Shown: positions 50,753 to 63,946, numbered from the stretch's first letter. The stretch is 64,000 nucleotides of DNA from Camelus dromedarius (GCF_036321535.1 NC_087436.1:68140001-68204000); one strand, 5' to 3'. Made by a program: numbers and translations. Notes: generated by a model from the sequence alone, not told the origin.

Positions 50753-51829
50753 TTACAAAAAAAAAAAGAAGAAGTGCTTAATAAACAGGGTAAGCAATTG
50801 AGGCTGCTGCCCACCCCCCACCCCTCCACACACACATGCTGGAGGCTGCATAGGGGGCAGCAGATGGGGTGGAGGATGCAGGTTCAGCCCAAGCAGGGCT
50901 GACTGCTGAATGTTCTCTTTCTCCAGGGAGCCTTGACAGCCACGCCTGCCTCACACAAAGGTCTTATTCCCCCAAGGTTTACAAAATCTGCCTCAAATAT
51001 TGCTTCTGACTCCCACTTCTAAGAGGACAAAAGTAATGTTCAGGAGAAGAGTTTGCTTGGGGCCACAGGCACAGGGAGAGAGTTGGGCCAAAATGGAGAC
51101 TTGGGGTAACTACAAATCGACTTGGAGAATCCTCAGCCACATGCATATTCTGCTTCCACGGTGGGAAAAGCTCACTTGCCTTTGGGCTTGCATGTGCATG
51201 TATGAATGTACTGGGGGGACTGAATGAAGTGAATTATTTAATTGGTGATTATATCAAAAATCATTCATAAACTGGAAAAAAAAATAAAAGTGTTCTCTAG
51301 AGTTTTTAGTTAAACCCTAACTCACAGATCTCCAAAACAAGGTGGTCTTAAGAAGTGAAATTTTATTAGTGAAATTCCATTTATAGCACTTGGAATGAAG
51401 AGTTCCAAACAAAGAATCCCAAAGCTATACAATTCATAAAATGTTTCTCCATATCTTACACCTTAAGTGATAGAAAAAGTTTAAGTTTCACAAGAAAACC
51501 AGCTCTCTTCTTCCTTTTCTGGAGTGTGTGCTGTGTTGAGCACAACTGACTTGGATTTAGCAGCACCAGCAGACAGGTCAAGTGGCTCTAAACTTCAAAC
51601 AAAACTCCTAGCCTCAAGTCTGAAGACTCACCACAATGGACACATCACTAACTCTCATTTTAGTTACAGATTCCTATTCATTCTATCAAACCACATTCCT
51701 CATCTTCAATCTTTAGGACAGCATTCATCTATCTACTTCAGGTTGTACACAACCTCTAGTCACTCTGTTATTTACCAACACTTAAAACCTGTCACTTATA
51801 TAGAGAGAGCAGGTTTTTACACTACTACT

Positions 51830-52150
51830 ACTATGGAATACTACTCAGCCATAAAAAGATGAAATCTGACCATCTGCAACAACATGGATGGACCTTGAGA
51901 GTACTATGCTAAGGGAAATAAGTTCGATGGAGAAAGACGAATACTGCATGATTTCACTCATGGGGAATTTATAAAACAGGCAAATAAACAAATGAACAAA
52001 CCAAACAAAAAGAAATACACAGATATAGAGAACAGAGTAGTGGTTAGCTGACGGGAAGGAGATTGGGAGAATGAGTAAAGGGGGTCAACTGTGTGATGAT
52101 GGATGAAAACAACTTCTGGCAGTGAGCACACTGCAGTGTATACAAAAGTC
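51830..52150 (+). mobile_element. Old L1 3' end (L1MA-like)
   Basis: atggaatactactcagccataaaaag...gcaacaacatggatggaccttgag...gagaacagagtagtggtt. Confidence 0.88.
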
Positions 52151-54719
52151 AGAAGTTCAAATCTTGAACATGATCTCCAAGACCATTAAGGATCTGGTTT
52201 CCAATTCCATCTCTAGTCTCAACCCCCACTAATTTCTTCCTTGCTCCAAACATGCCAACTAGATGAGGTTTCTTTCCATTTCTTGAGCACATCATGCTTT
52301 CTATTGTCTCTTGGTTTTCCCATCTGCTCTGACTGAGCTCTGTCTGTAAAGTTTTTCTCTCCTTTTGTCACTTGAACATAATTTCACAGAAAAGCCTTTC
52401 CTTATGGCTTTATGGCAGACCTGCCAAATTGAGAAATAAGACAAATAACAACGGCAACAAGCAACAACAATAACAGCAACAACCACAATAATAGCAGATA
52501 AAGAGTCATTAGATTCCCTAGGCCCTTCCCCCTATTAAGCAATATCAGATCCAAACACTGCACTGCTTACAGCCTTCTACCCAAAAGTGGGAATTTTCAA
52601 CTGCCCAGTTTCATCTGTTCCCACAGCTGGTGTGATTCATTAGTTCTTAGGGTGAGTCACAGAGGGTTTCTTAGGGTCCTGAAAAGAACAAGGCAATACT
52701 TCTAGAAAAGGTCAAAGGGTACTGTGACTACATTATTACTTTCCTTGGAGCAGAAATTACAAGCCAAGGCTGAAATCCAATTAAAAAGGTTTCTGGCCCT
52801 ATTTGAGATTCAGAGGAACAAGTTTCTTTCAAATTACATGTATCGTAACAGGCAAGCAAGCAGGATTTTATACAAATTTTATACAAATGGGATTTAAGCA
52901 GAGCAGAGAATAGTGTAGATGCTACTTTTCACTTTCAGTGTAATATCTTGTAATAACCTTTAATGAAAAAGAATATGAAAACAAATACATGGTTAGATTT
53001 GACTCCAAGGTTTCTAGTGGAGACTTCCGTGGGACACCACCGGTAGCGATATGTACAGGATTTAAATGGTATGTGTGCATGTATATACATCATTACTCAT
53101 GCCCTCTAATTCCCTTTTGTTTAACTTCTTATAATTAGATATTAAAATATCCAAGGCCCCTTTCCCTTTTAGAACTCCAAATAATACCCAATATCAAGGT
53201 CTCTACCCAAGGATTCATCCAATATAAAGCATGCTGCCTTTCTTCCTCAAGGAAGCACAGTAAGTGCCTATCAGAATCTCAGGCCTCCTCCGCACTGAGT
53301 TCTGACCCTTAGGAAACCTTCCATGGGAAGGTTCAGTTAAGCACTTTTTAATGATCCAGTAACAAATCTCCATCTTAGCCTTTCTCCTATTCTTGCCTCC
53401 TGTGCTTTTCAGTGACTTCCAATACTTCACCTTCATTTTTATGAACTTGGAATGAATCCCAACAACTGGTCCATATCATCTGAAAATACAGGTCAAAATC
53501 AAACATAAAGAGCAGTCCTCTGAAATTAAATTGACTTCAAAAAATAATTATCTTTCCCTTTGCTCTGAACATTTAATGTGACTTTCGGAAAAGGATTCTA
53601 TTTGCTTCACTATTATTTTGGTATCCCACTTTTCTGAAAGTAAGAGTCAGATGTTCCATATACTATATGGCCACAGGGGGAATTTAGCTGGAGTTCAGAC
53701 TTTCATGCATGAGCACCAAAGGAAGCATGAGGGGATTCAGCAGAGTGAAGGCCAGTTCTTTACAAATTCAGGGGCATAAGTCAAGATTAGGTAAAGTAAG
53801 TTTCCACTAGCCCCATGAATAGTACTGCCATGGCCTATAACATTTAGATCGCTGAACGCTGAAGGGAACAGAGCCCTAAATTATCACTGATGAAATGGTT
53901 ATAAAAAAGAACTGCCCAGTGGGACCTACAATTTTGTTCTTGTCTCTCCACGTTCTGCACGACTTCCAGTACGAGAGTTCTCAAGTACAAGGCATGAAAG
54001 CCAAATCTGATGAGGAAACAGCTTCTGATTCCCCCAAAACACCATTTTCCCTGATTTCTCTGATAGGCAGTTGATTTCCACACAGAGCTCTTTTAAGATG
54101 CTCCTTTCACAGAATAATGAATCACATGCCATGCTTCTGATATAGTTTTGCAGAAACCAATATGCCAGTGATTATTTCCCTAACCATATTCTAGTTTCAA
54201 CCAGGATGACTGGCATGAAGGCCACTCAATTAGTAGTGTCTTTAATTACAAAGGAGAGAATGCTCTCCTACAGATAAGGGTATGTCACGATCTAGCAGAG
54301 CAGTATTTCTCTCTGTAGTCCATAATAAAAGGAATTTCTGTTTTGGCAGGATTGTGCCACGTTTTAGGGCATATAGTAAAGATATTTATTTGATAAATGA
54401 TTTGGCAACACTGTACTCCTACCTTATTAGACTGTGTCTAAATATTCAATCTAATGATTTAGAAAATCTCTTTATCTTAAGTAGGGCCCACAGAGTGTGC
54501 CAAAATGTAATAATTACTGTGAGTATAGCTTTAGTAGTCCAAGGATATAAATAGTATAAAATCAGGCTCAGCTTTTAAGAATTTGTGTTAATTTTTAGGA
54601 CTGTCTTCATCTTGAATGTTGTCTTTCATTTTAAAGTTTCTTTTCTGTGGTTGGAGACATTTAAAATATTACCGCAGAGAGTCAGTGGGACTTGGAAAAT
54701 TTTAAAATAATTTAAGATA

Positions 54720-54980
54720 TAAATAATCATAGAAATAAAGGTTATCATGTATTGAGGACATGATAACCCTTCCAGAAGCCACGCTAAAGACTTTATATGA
54801 ATTGCATTATTTAATCCTCACAAAAAACCTATGGGGCAAGTTCTTATTTTAATGTCCATTTTATAAATGAAGAAACTGATGCTTAGTGTAGTCAAAGAAT
54901 TTGCCAAAGGTAAGTGGTAAAAACAAGATTTTAACCCAATCAGAAGGACTCCTGCTGTCATGCTCTTTATTACCACTCTA
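54720..54980 (-). mobile_element. MIR SINE
   Basis: atttaatcctcacaaaaaacctatgggg...tccattttataaatgaagaaactgatgcttag...ttgccaaaggt. Confidence 0.8.
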
Positions 54981-55540
54981 AGGAGAAAAGTGTCCAGCAG
55001 AGCAGATTATTATACTGATGGCATTCATCAGCTCTTAATTCTTAAGAAAGAAATTAATTAACTAATACAAATGATTCCAACTTACACTGGAATCTCAGTA
55101 ATGCTTGTATTTTGTATAACCTTATGCTAAACTTTCGAGAAAAATGTGTGTACTTCTAATTCTACAGTGAGAGTTGATTCCCAAACATTCTTTCATAATT
55201 CTTCTGGAGTTTCAAGTTAAAGTGTTATCTTCATTTCCTGAACCCATGTGGAAATAGCATACCTTAAGAAATATTTCAACAAGGTATAATTCAACCTAGT
55301 GTTCCGTGTTACAGAAATACTGCCCATTGCTACAACTTGTGTCATTTTTATTGGTGGCAAAGTTGTATGAGCTTTATAGGCATTTTTACTAATAATTTAT
55401 CCCTCTTCTAAGTATTTGTGCTTTCCTTGTGTATGAATATCATTTTCCCCATCTATATATTTATACAAAAGACCTGCTTGTACACACATGCATAAATGCA
55501 TACACTCATATTTACATGCTCACTTCACACACAGCTACAG

Positions 55541-55543
<3 letters not shown>

Positions 55544-55578
<35 letters not shown>
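55544..55578. repeat. (TG)n microsatellite
   Basis: Perfect TG array. Confidence 0.98.
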
Positions 55579-55579
<1 letters not shown>

Positions 55580-58089
55580 ATTTCAAGGCTATTTTGGTTG
55601 AAGAGCTACTTTAATAGCTTAGCAGTTATATTTATGCAGTGTCAGCAACTGCCCAGGCTATGATGATATAAGGGCGCTAATGACATTATATTCACTGAAC
55701 TGCCATAATAAGTTTCCAGAGAAAGATAACTTAATTGGCAGCCTATTATCAGAGTATGAATATGGGTGCTCTGGAGTTTGGAATGTGCTCATTGAAGCCA
55801 AGGTAATTGAGGCATCAGGTGATTTGAGTGGCGGTGATTAGAATCATCTGTGTGCAATGTGCAGTGAGTAAGAACATGTGTAGGAAAGAATCCTTTTTAT
55901 GAGACATTTAACTGTTGAGACCTCTGAATAACCTTGCTATTCTTTTACCCTCCTCACGTCTTCTAAATCGACTATTAATGCACATTGGAAATAGTTTAGA
56001 CAAATATTCCTGAGATCAATTTTTATAGCAAGTCTTAGATACTAGGGTAAAAGACTAAATTTGCTTTTAAGGTAAACATTACTTAATACATATTCTCACT
56101 CATCCAACAGTCTGTACCACAGTTGATGAGATCACATATGATTTTTCTATGTTTTAAAAGACAACGTGGACAGTAGTTTGACAGAATCCAAACACAATTC
56201 TAGCTTTTGTAATGTTGGAAAATATATATTTCAACATAAAAGTCTATATAAAAGTACCTAGAAAATTCATGATTAATTGAATGAATAACCAATAACAACT
56301 CCCCATTAATAAAAAATCCTGGTTATAAATATTAAAAAATAGATTCATTTACTCTGGATTAGATTGTATAAATTCAATTTTTGTTTAAGTTTTTAATTAG
56401 GTCTGGGATGCCCAATATTTGTGTGAAAAAATTTAATACACAAGGAAAGGACAAATCCCTAGGATTTGCTGCATAAACTATTAGTAAAAATTATTATTCT
56501 GAATAGAAAAAAAACGGAGACAAAAATCTATTCAATGTCTTCTATTGTCTAATAGGTGCTCACAGATATTTGTTGAATGAATGAATGTATATTTGGAGAT
56601 CAAAGTTTGGTAATCTGATTATAGAGTCAGTAATTTCCTTGGGGATCATTTTCCAATAGCAACTCATCCACATTTACCATCAAATAGCACTGAAATTTAA
56701 ACACTATGTCAAATTACTGAAAACTGTAAAATATGTTATCCCAAATACTGATTGGTAAGTTTTATTAAATGAAATTCAGTAGGACCATGACTGTATTATC
56801 ATTGAGTGCTTATGTAAATAATAATTCCCTCAGATATAGGGAGATCCCCCGATGTAGTGGAACTTAGCATTATACTTAAATGTCAGGCTAATGAAGCCTT
56901 GGAAAGAGCCGTGACCTCACCTTAGATTGTGGAAGCATCAGCACCTACTCTACGGCAGGTGCTATATCTTAGAGACCCCTTATCTTTCTGGATCCCACAG
57001 AATCTAGGTCAGAGCCCTGCCTACAGCCTTTCTTTATTATTTCTACCTTTAAAAAATGAATTGTGTGAGTAATCTTTAATCTCTGAACAAAAAAGCCTTG
57101 GTCAAAAAGTAGCATCACCTACTCACTAATGAAAGACTTAAACTTGGAGAAAACCTTTCTTTTCCTTTAAGTCAAATCTCTAGGTTTCCTATGGCAGAGT
57201 TTAGCATAACCACTTCACATTTAACAGAAAAGAATTTCATGCTGTTAGAGTTTAATTAGGTAGTGACATTACGGGTAAACTCTGAAGAACAGATGTTTGG
57301 AAAAGTAGAGCAAGAGGTCATGTCTGCTGAGTACATCTCAGTGCAACAGAATGCCTAATGTGTCCTAATAAACTGGCATCAGAATAACCTGTCTAATAGG
57401 TTAATTAATGCTGACAAAAAAAGAAAAACAAAATTGTTACCTAACATGACTTCTTTCAACTAGTATTTTCTACAATAGGTCTGATAAAAAGAAAAAAGAA
57501 GTTAGAAGTTACAAGGCAGCCACTGATTACACAAAAAGACTTCCCTTGTCCATCAGTTGTCTACCTCACTGAAGAAGGGAATCATTAAAACCTATAAATC
57601 TTTTATCAAATTTGAATAAAGAGGTGCAGCAGCTAAGATTATCAGTCTCACAGCTAGCATGGAATCCTTTATAATTCTTTCAACATTCACAATTATTTTT
57701 AAGCATCTTCCCTGAAAAATTAATTCATTTTCCTGATTCCCCGTTTCTGTCAATGTTACTATCATCCTTCTAATAATCCAGGATGATAAATCAAGATATA
57801 ATATCTACATCTTTTCAGTCATCAGATGCTATCATTCTTTACCTTCAGATATTTCTCAGATCCAGGCTCTTCCTTTGAATCTGTTACAATCAACAATAGT
57901 ATGGTTAGATGGCAGGAATTCCTGGAACCCAGAGACCAGACACACATTGATGAACACAATAAGAGTTGTATGGAAATCTGTTGTGTTTTGGCTCCTCAGC
58001 ATCCATGTGTCTTTCTTTTAGTATTTACTTCTTCCACAACAAATATATTCTTGAGGGCCTCTGAGTATTACAAAAGTTTACTGGATTTG

Positions 58090-59060
58090 ATCTTGTTAAG
58101 GAAGTCAGGAAAGATTGTCCCAAGAAATTTAATCTGAAACTGAGCTATGAAATATGAGTAGGAAGAAACTAAGCAATGAAGATAAAGAAGGGTGGTCCAG
58201 GCTGAGGGAATAACATCTACAAAGGCTCTGTGATGATGAATACAAGGGACAAAAAGAAGACCCATGCTGCTCCATCAGACAGAAGTGGGGAACACAGGTA
58301 CATGAATGAGCCTGAAATGGAAGGGAAGAACCAAACCATGCAATCTTGAGGGCCATGTCCAACAATTCTGTCTTTATCCAAAAATCACTGGATATTACAT
58401 GAAACCTCAAATGCAACATGCTTCAAAAAGAAATGCCTTTACCTTGAACTCTGATTTCTTCTTCTTTAATTACTATTTTAGTGAATTATGTCATCTATCC
58501 AGGGTCTAATACAGAAACATGGAGACTTCCATCTTTTACCACATCCAAATGGTCACTATGGGTAGTCAATTATACCTCCTATATTGCCTCAAATATATGC
58601 CATTTCTATCACTGCTGTTTAATTCAGATCTCATTTTTTCCTGATTTACATCATTAGAATTCTCCCTATTCTCTAGATCTACCTCTCTCTAATCCATCTT
58701 CCTCACTGTTCCCAATGTAACCTTTTAACATGATTAATATAATCACACTAATACCCTGCTTAAAATCTCTTATAGTGATGCTGACTTCTGGTTCAGATTT
58801 CTTAGTTTATTGCACAAGCCACTACCTAAATCCTTATTCTCAATCTTGCAACCTCATTAAATATCTTCTTGATTTCAATATGAAGCTTCTTACAACATGA
58901 ATGAGACAGACTGTTTCATGCCTACATGCTTTTGAGTATGATGTTCTCTTAATTTGGGCTCCCTTCTCAAACCTTATCAAAATAACACTTTGACTTCAAG
59001 ACTCAACTAAAGCCTCACCTCCTCAAAAGACTTTCATTCACTCGTTCCTCCTCTGCCTTT
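58090..59060. mobile_element. L2 fragments (antisense ~58090-58400, sense ~58530-59060)
   Basis: A purine-rich L2 3' segment (atctgaaactgagctatgaaatatgagtagga...tctgtctttatcc) followed by a CT-rich L2 segment (taatccatcttcctcactg...cctgcttaaaatctct). Confidence 0.55.
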
Positions 59061-59468
59061 GTCAACTTCTAATAGAGGATCTATAAAATGGTCAGTACTG
59101 GTTGTTTTTAAGGTTCATTGCCTCAACCAGATCACAACAGAATCGATTGCAGGGCTAGCCTATCTATCACCATACTGCAACCTCTTGAGCAGTGAATGAA
59201 TCTCAAATAATTTCATAATTTTTTTGTCAAACTAGATTTTACATGACAATTCATTTAATTTTTAAAATAATCTTGTGCTGTAAACAATTTTAAAGCTATT
59301 AAAGTTGAAACTGTGATTCAGAGAAGGTAACTACTTTGCTCAAGCAACAGGTCTTCAATTAATAAGGGAATCTCTGGTTCTTGCAATGAAAAGCCAATAT
59401 TTACCATATAGACAGCCCTTTAATTTCTGAGGCATGATTTAACCTCACTGTTCACTTGTGGATCATTA

Positions 59469-59868
59469 TTTTTTAATTCTTATTTTTTATTTAAGTGGTC
59501 CATTTACAATGTTAGTTTCATGTGTACAGCAAAGCAATTCCGTTATACATATACATACATATACATTTTTTCAGATTCTTTTCCATTACATCTCATTACA
59601 AGAAACTGAATATAGTTCCCTGTGCTATACAGTAGGTCCTTGTTGTTTATCTATGTTATATATAATAATGTGTATCTATTAATCCTAAACTAATCTATCC
59701 CTACTCCCCCTTTTTTCCCTCAGTAACCACAGTTTGTTTTCTATGTCCATGAGTCTATTTCCGGTTTGTAAATAAAATTTGTATTTTTTTTAGATTGCAT
59801 ATATAAGTGACATCATATGATATTTGTCTTTCTCTGTCTGACTTACTTCACTTAATATGATATCTAGG
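59469..59868 (-). mobile_element. 5'-truncated L1 3' end (cetartiodactyl-type) with degenerate TSD
   Basis: Antisense copy of the 3'UTR family (gttccctgtgctatacagtaggtccttgttgtttatcta). Flanks tcacttgtggatcatta (59452-59468) and tcactgtggaccatta (59869-59884). Confidence 0.9.
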
Positions 59869-61984
59869 TCACTGTGGACCATTACTAACATTAAATATAA
59901 CTCAGTCAAAAGACTCCAGTTGAGGACCTCACTGTGAAGAGTCCACATATATAACATATGTAATATAGTGCATTATAACTGTAATATTCCAATATCAATA
60001 ATAACAGTAACAACAGTAATCTAAGATATTCCCACATGTGCAGGAATAAGGCCAATATCATCTCTATAATATACACAGTGCTCCTAATATTATTAAATGA
60101 TTCTGTGAAGTTTGAAACTCTGAGCAGAGGTCAATAATGAAAGTGAGAAATATAACTTTACTAATCCCTTAGGTATAGAGACTTTTCAAGAAAGAAGGCG
60201 CTTGCAATTTTCTATCAGCTGTTCAGGGAAGGCCTCACTGAAAGAGTGACATTTGAGCAAACACCTGAAAAAACGAAGCCCATTTAGCAGCCTAAAAAAG
60301 AGAAATTGGACCAGTGAAGGTCGTCATTTCAAGAGAAAGTGAAACCAGCACAGGCCAAGGGAGAAGAGAGTTTGAAGAAGGAAGGAGGATAAACAGAGGC
60401 ATTTGAGTTTTAGCACAAATACAGAATTACTACAAACACAAGTTTGTTAAAGCCCTAACATACATAAATTTAGAAATGTATAAAGAAAACAGGACAGAGA
60501 TTGTTTGATAATGTGTAGGGTATTATTTTAAGACTGCTATATTTTCTAATACTGACATTCAGATTATAATATCCTGATTTATAGACAGTCCTCTACAATG
60601 TGACTGGCTAAAAACCAAAATGGACCTTGCTGAAGCAGTGTAACATTTGTTTTAATATCCAAGGTAGTAGGCACATCTTGTGAAATCCAAACGGACAGCT
60701 CTGGCCCAACTGTGAAAGAATTAAAGCAATTTACTTTATGGCTGTTAAAAAAAATAAAGTACATAGAATGGTGCCTAACCTATATTCACGGGGATTCAGT
60801 CTTCATTCACTGCTCTTAATAATTGTTCTCAGAAATGAATTTAAATGCAAATATGGAGGATAAAACAACTTGTGGTATGTCAAAAATAAGTTAAGATGTT
60901 TTCCATTGTATTTTCATGAAAAGAAAAATCTTCATACAAACTAATATTAAGCATTATCCTTAAGAATTATACTCAATATTAGTTGGTTTTCACTGTAACC
61001 TGTTTAAATGTGCAGTATACTGTCTATAAAAATGCCATTTTATTCAGGATTTTAAAGAGAACTACCAAAGAATTCACATCACCATTAAACCATATCCAAG
61101 TCATTGAGCCATTAAGAAAACCCAACTGCTAGAAATGATCAACACATTTTTAAAGATATTTGCTAGGTTAACAGGAGATTAAAGGAGACACATTGTTATA
61201 CCATCTGGATCTAGCATTATACAAATTAATGTAAAAGCTAAAATAAAAATGATTTTCTTTTTTACTATCAGGGAAATTAAATCAAAGAACTCAAATACCA
61301 CATCAAACAAAGCATCCTCAAAGCAATTTCACAAGCCTAGTGGACTTGATTAGTTTTTACAGCATTTAGAGAAAGGACTTGTTGAGGGGTTCAAATACTT
61401 GGCATCAAATTTACTCTTCTGCCTGCTTTGTCTATTTCCATTTTCCAATCGTACTTTCAAGAACTTTACATTCCTCTGAAAGTATATTCCATCCTCTCTA
61501 ATATCACTCTTAACTGCTCTATATCAAGCTCTCATCACCTCTGTCAGGAACCACCACAACAGCCTCCTTTCCAAACCCTCACTTATCAGTACTAACGACC
61601 AAGTGATTGGCTACATGTGACTAAGTGATTGCCCTACAGATCTCACACAACTAGTGTATTTTCTGTGGATGTTTTAATGACAATAGAGCTCCACCCTGGT
61701 CAAATCCCACAAGCGTCATGCATAATCACTAATTAACCTTAAGCTGGCTCTGGATGGAATGTCCTGTAGAGAAACTCTTAGGTTAATTAAAATAAGTTAT
61801 AAGCCACAAATCAGTCATTTGATCAGATATTTTCTATGAAATAAAGTAACATTTTTCCAGAAGGTACAGTTGTGACATCTCTTCCACCAAAACTATTTTG
61901 CTTCAGTACTCCCACAGACTACAACAATGCATCAGATTGATTAATACGAAATCTGAGTGCTACTAATTCACTGCTAATTCACTT

Positions 61985-62900
61985 AAGATGCTATTGGCTG
62001 AAACAATGGAAATCTTGACTAAAACTGGCTTACACAATAAATGTATCTCACATAACACCTCTCTTTAGTGCTAGCTCCTCTTCTCTGAAATATTCTTGGA
62101 ACTGTCTTCCTTCGCACGTTGGCTTCATCCCCAGACTGACGGGAAGTGGGTGGCAGCACGTTCAAGCATCATTTCCATACATGATAATATCCAGAAAAGG
62201 AAAAGGGACTGTGTCTTCCTGCTTCTCCTACTTAGGAATGAGAAAATTTTTCAGAAGCCCCCTGTAGTGGGTTGAATTGTATCCCCTGTGGTTGGGACCT
62301 TGTTTGGAAATCGGGTCTTTGGAGGTGTAATTTGTTAAAATGATGTCATGTTCAATCCATGATGAACGAAATACCAATATTTTAATTAAAGACAGGCGCC
62401 TTACTGTCTTTAACTAAAGATAGTATTATTGATTAGTGTAGGCCCCAAATCTAATCACTGCTGTCCTTATAGAAAACACCATATAAACACACAGAAAAGA
62501 CACACAGTAGGGAAGGTCAAGTGAAGACAAGGCAAGGACTGGAGTGACTGAGCTGCAAGCCAAGGAGTGCCAAGGACTGCAGGTAACAACTAGAAGCTAA
62601 GTGAGGGGCGTGGGACAGATCTTCCCTCGGAGCATCCAGAAGGAACCAGGCCTGCAGATCCTTAGATTTCATCCTCTAACTTCCAGAACTGTGAAAGAAC
62701 ACATTTCTGTTGTGTTAAGCCACCCAGTTTGGGGTGATTTGTTATAGCAGCCTTAGGAAGCCTACTTTCCTATGGGTCATGTTTCCAGGATTGGGTCCCA
62801 AGTCCATTCCTAAATAAATCACTGGCAAGGAGAATGGATTATGACCACTGGTTTGGACCAGTTGTTTCTGGCAGAATGCACCGTGGGGACCCAACAACAA
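61985..62900 (-). mobile_element. Old MaLR LTR (MLT1J/K-like) split by a younger MLT1 LTR
   Basis: gactaaaactggctta...gttggcttcatcc...cagaagcccc, then resuming after ~62765 with ggattgggtc...aatcactggcaaggagaatgg. Confidence 0.65.
62263..62765 (+). mobile_element. MaLR LTR (MLT1B/C-like) carrying an ~80-bp foreign insert
   Basis: tgtagtgggttgaattgt...gaccttgtttggaaat.gggtcttt...gcaagccaagga...ccagaactgtga...atttctgttgtgttaagccacccagttt...tttgttatagcagcc. Confidence 0.88.
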
Positions 62901-63495
62901 TGATCACTAAAGTTACCTTCTACTTCTCCCTCTTCCTAACCATCCTCACATTCAGTCACCAAGTTCTAGCCTACGGTTTGTGAATACCTCATGTCTGCTT
63001 GCCTTTCTTTTTATATTTTATCTTTTGGCTCCTTAATTCACATGGCTCAAAAAATCAAAATGATATTACAAAAACAAAAACATACACCCAGAAGTCTCCT
63101 TGCCACCCCCTGCCCTATTCATTCTGTTCCCTAACCATCACTCCACATTCAGGTAACCACTTTTTTAAATTTCCTATATATCCTTCCAGTGTTTCCATAC
63201 ATAAATATGAAAAAAAAAGCATAAAATATATTGTCCTTACACAAAAGGTAGCTTTTTTTTTTCTAAATTATATCCTGGAGATCTTTTCACTAAAAATTTT
63301 GAATAACCGTCTACATTCTCTATCCCTTTTACCACTCTCCTACAATAAGCCTCATTTCTCCTGGGGGATTGCAACTATTCCAAATGGTAATGGTGTATTC
63401 AGTGTTGGCCCAGACCAAACAGCAACAATAGTGATCTGTATAAACTTTAATCTGTTCCTGTCACTTTGCGAGGCCCTGATGATAAAGTCTACATA

Positions 63496-63670
63496 AGACT
63501 AGCTACATAATTTGTAGGTCCCAGCACAAAGTGATAATGTGGAGCTCCTTGTTCAGAACTTACTAGGAATATCAACTGGCGAAAACAGAGCATGGAAACA
63601 AGCATTGGATTCTTCTAAACAAGAAATTCTGCGCAACTACAAAAGCCTCACACCCATGAAGCCATCCCTG
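63496..63670 (-). mobile_element. hAT-Tip100 MITE, MER45A-like
   Basis: Matches the reverse complement of recalled MER45A: agactagctacataatttgtaggtcccagcacaaa...ccttgttca...cacacccatgaagccatccctg. Confidence 0.8.
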
Positions 63671-63696
63671 AGTTTACGTATTATTTGTAAACCACT

Positions 63697-63946
63697 GATG
63701 GTTACCAGGGCGGAAAGGCAAGGTTAGAGGGATAAATTGGGAGTTTGGGATTTGCAGATACTACTATACATAAAATAGATAAACAACAAAGCCCTACTGT
63801 ATAGCACAGGGAACTAAATTCAGTATCTTGTAGCAGGCTATAATGAAAAAGAATATGAAAAGGAATATATATGTATAACTGAATCACTATGCTGCAAACC
63901 AGAAATTAATACAACATTGTAAATTGACTATACTTCAATTAAAAAA
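63697..63946 (+). mobile_element. 5'-truncated L1 3'UTR (cetartiodactyl-type)
   Basis: atggttaccaggg...gggataaattgggagtttggga...aaaatagataaacaacaa...actgtatagcacagggaact...acaacattgtaaattgactatacttcaattaaaaaa. Confidence 0.9.

Noticed and set aside
62999..63496. 165-aa plus-strand ORF
   Set aside because: Non-ATG start, overlaps degraded antisense L1-like sequence, and has no recognisable domain.
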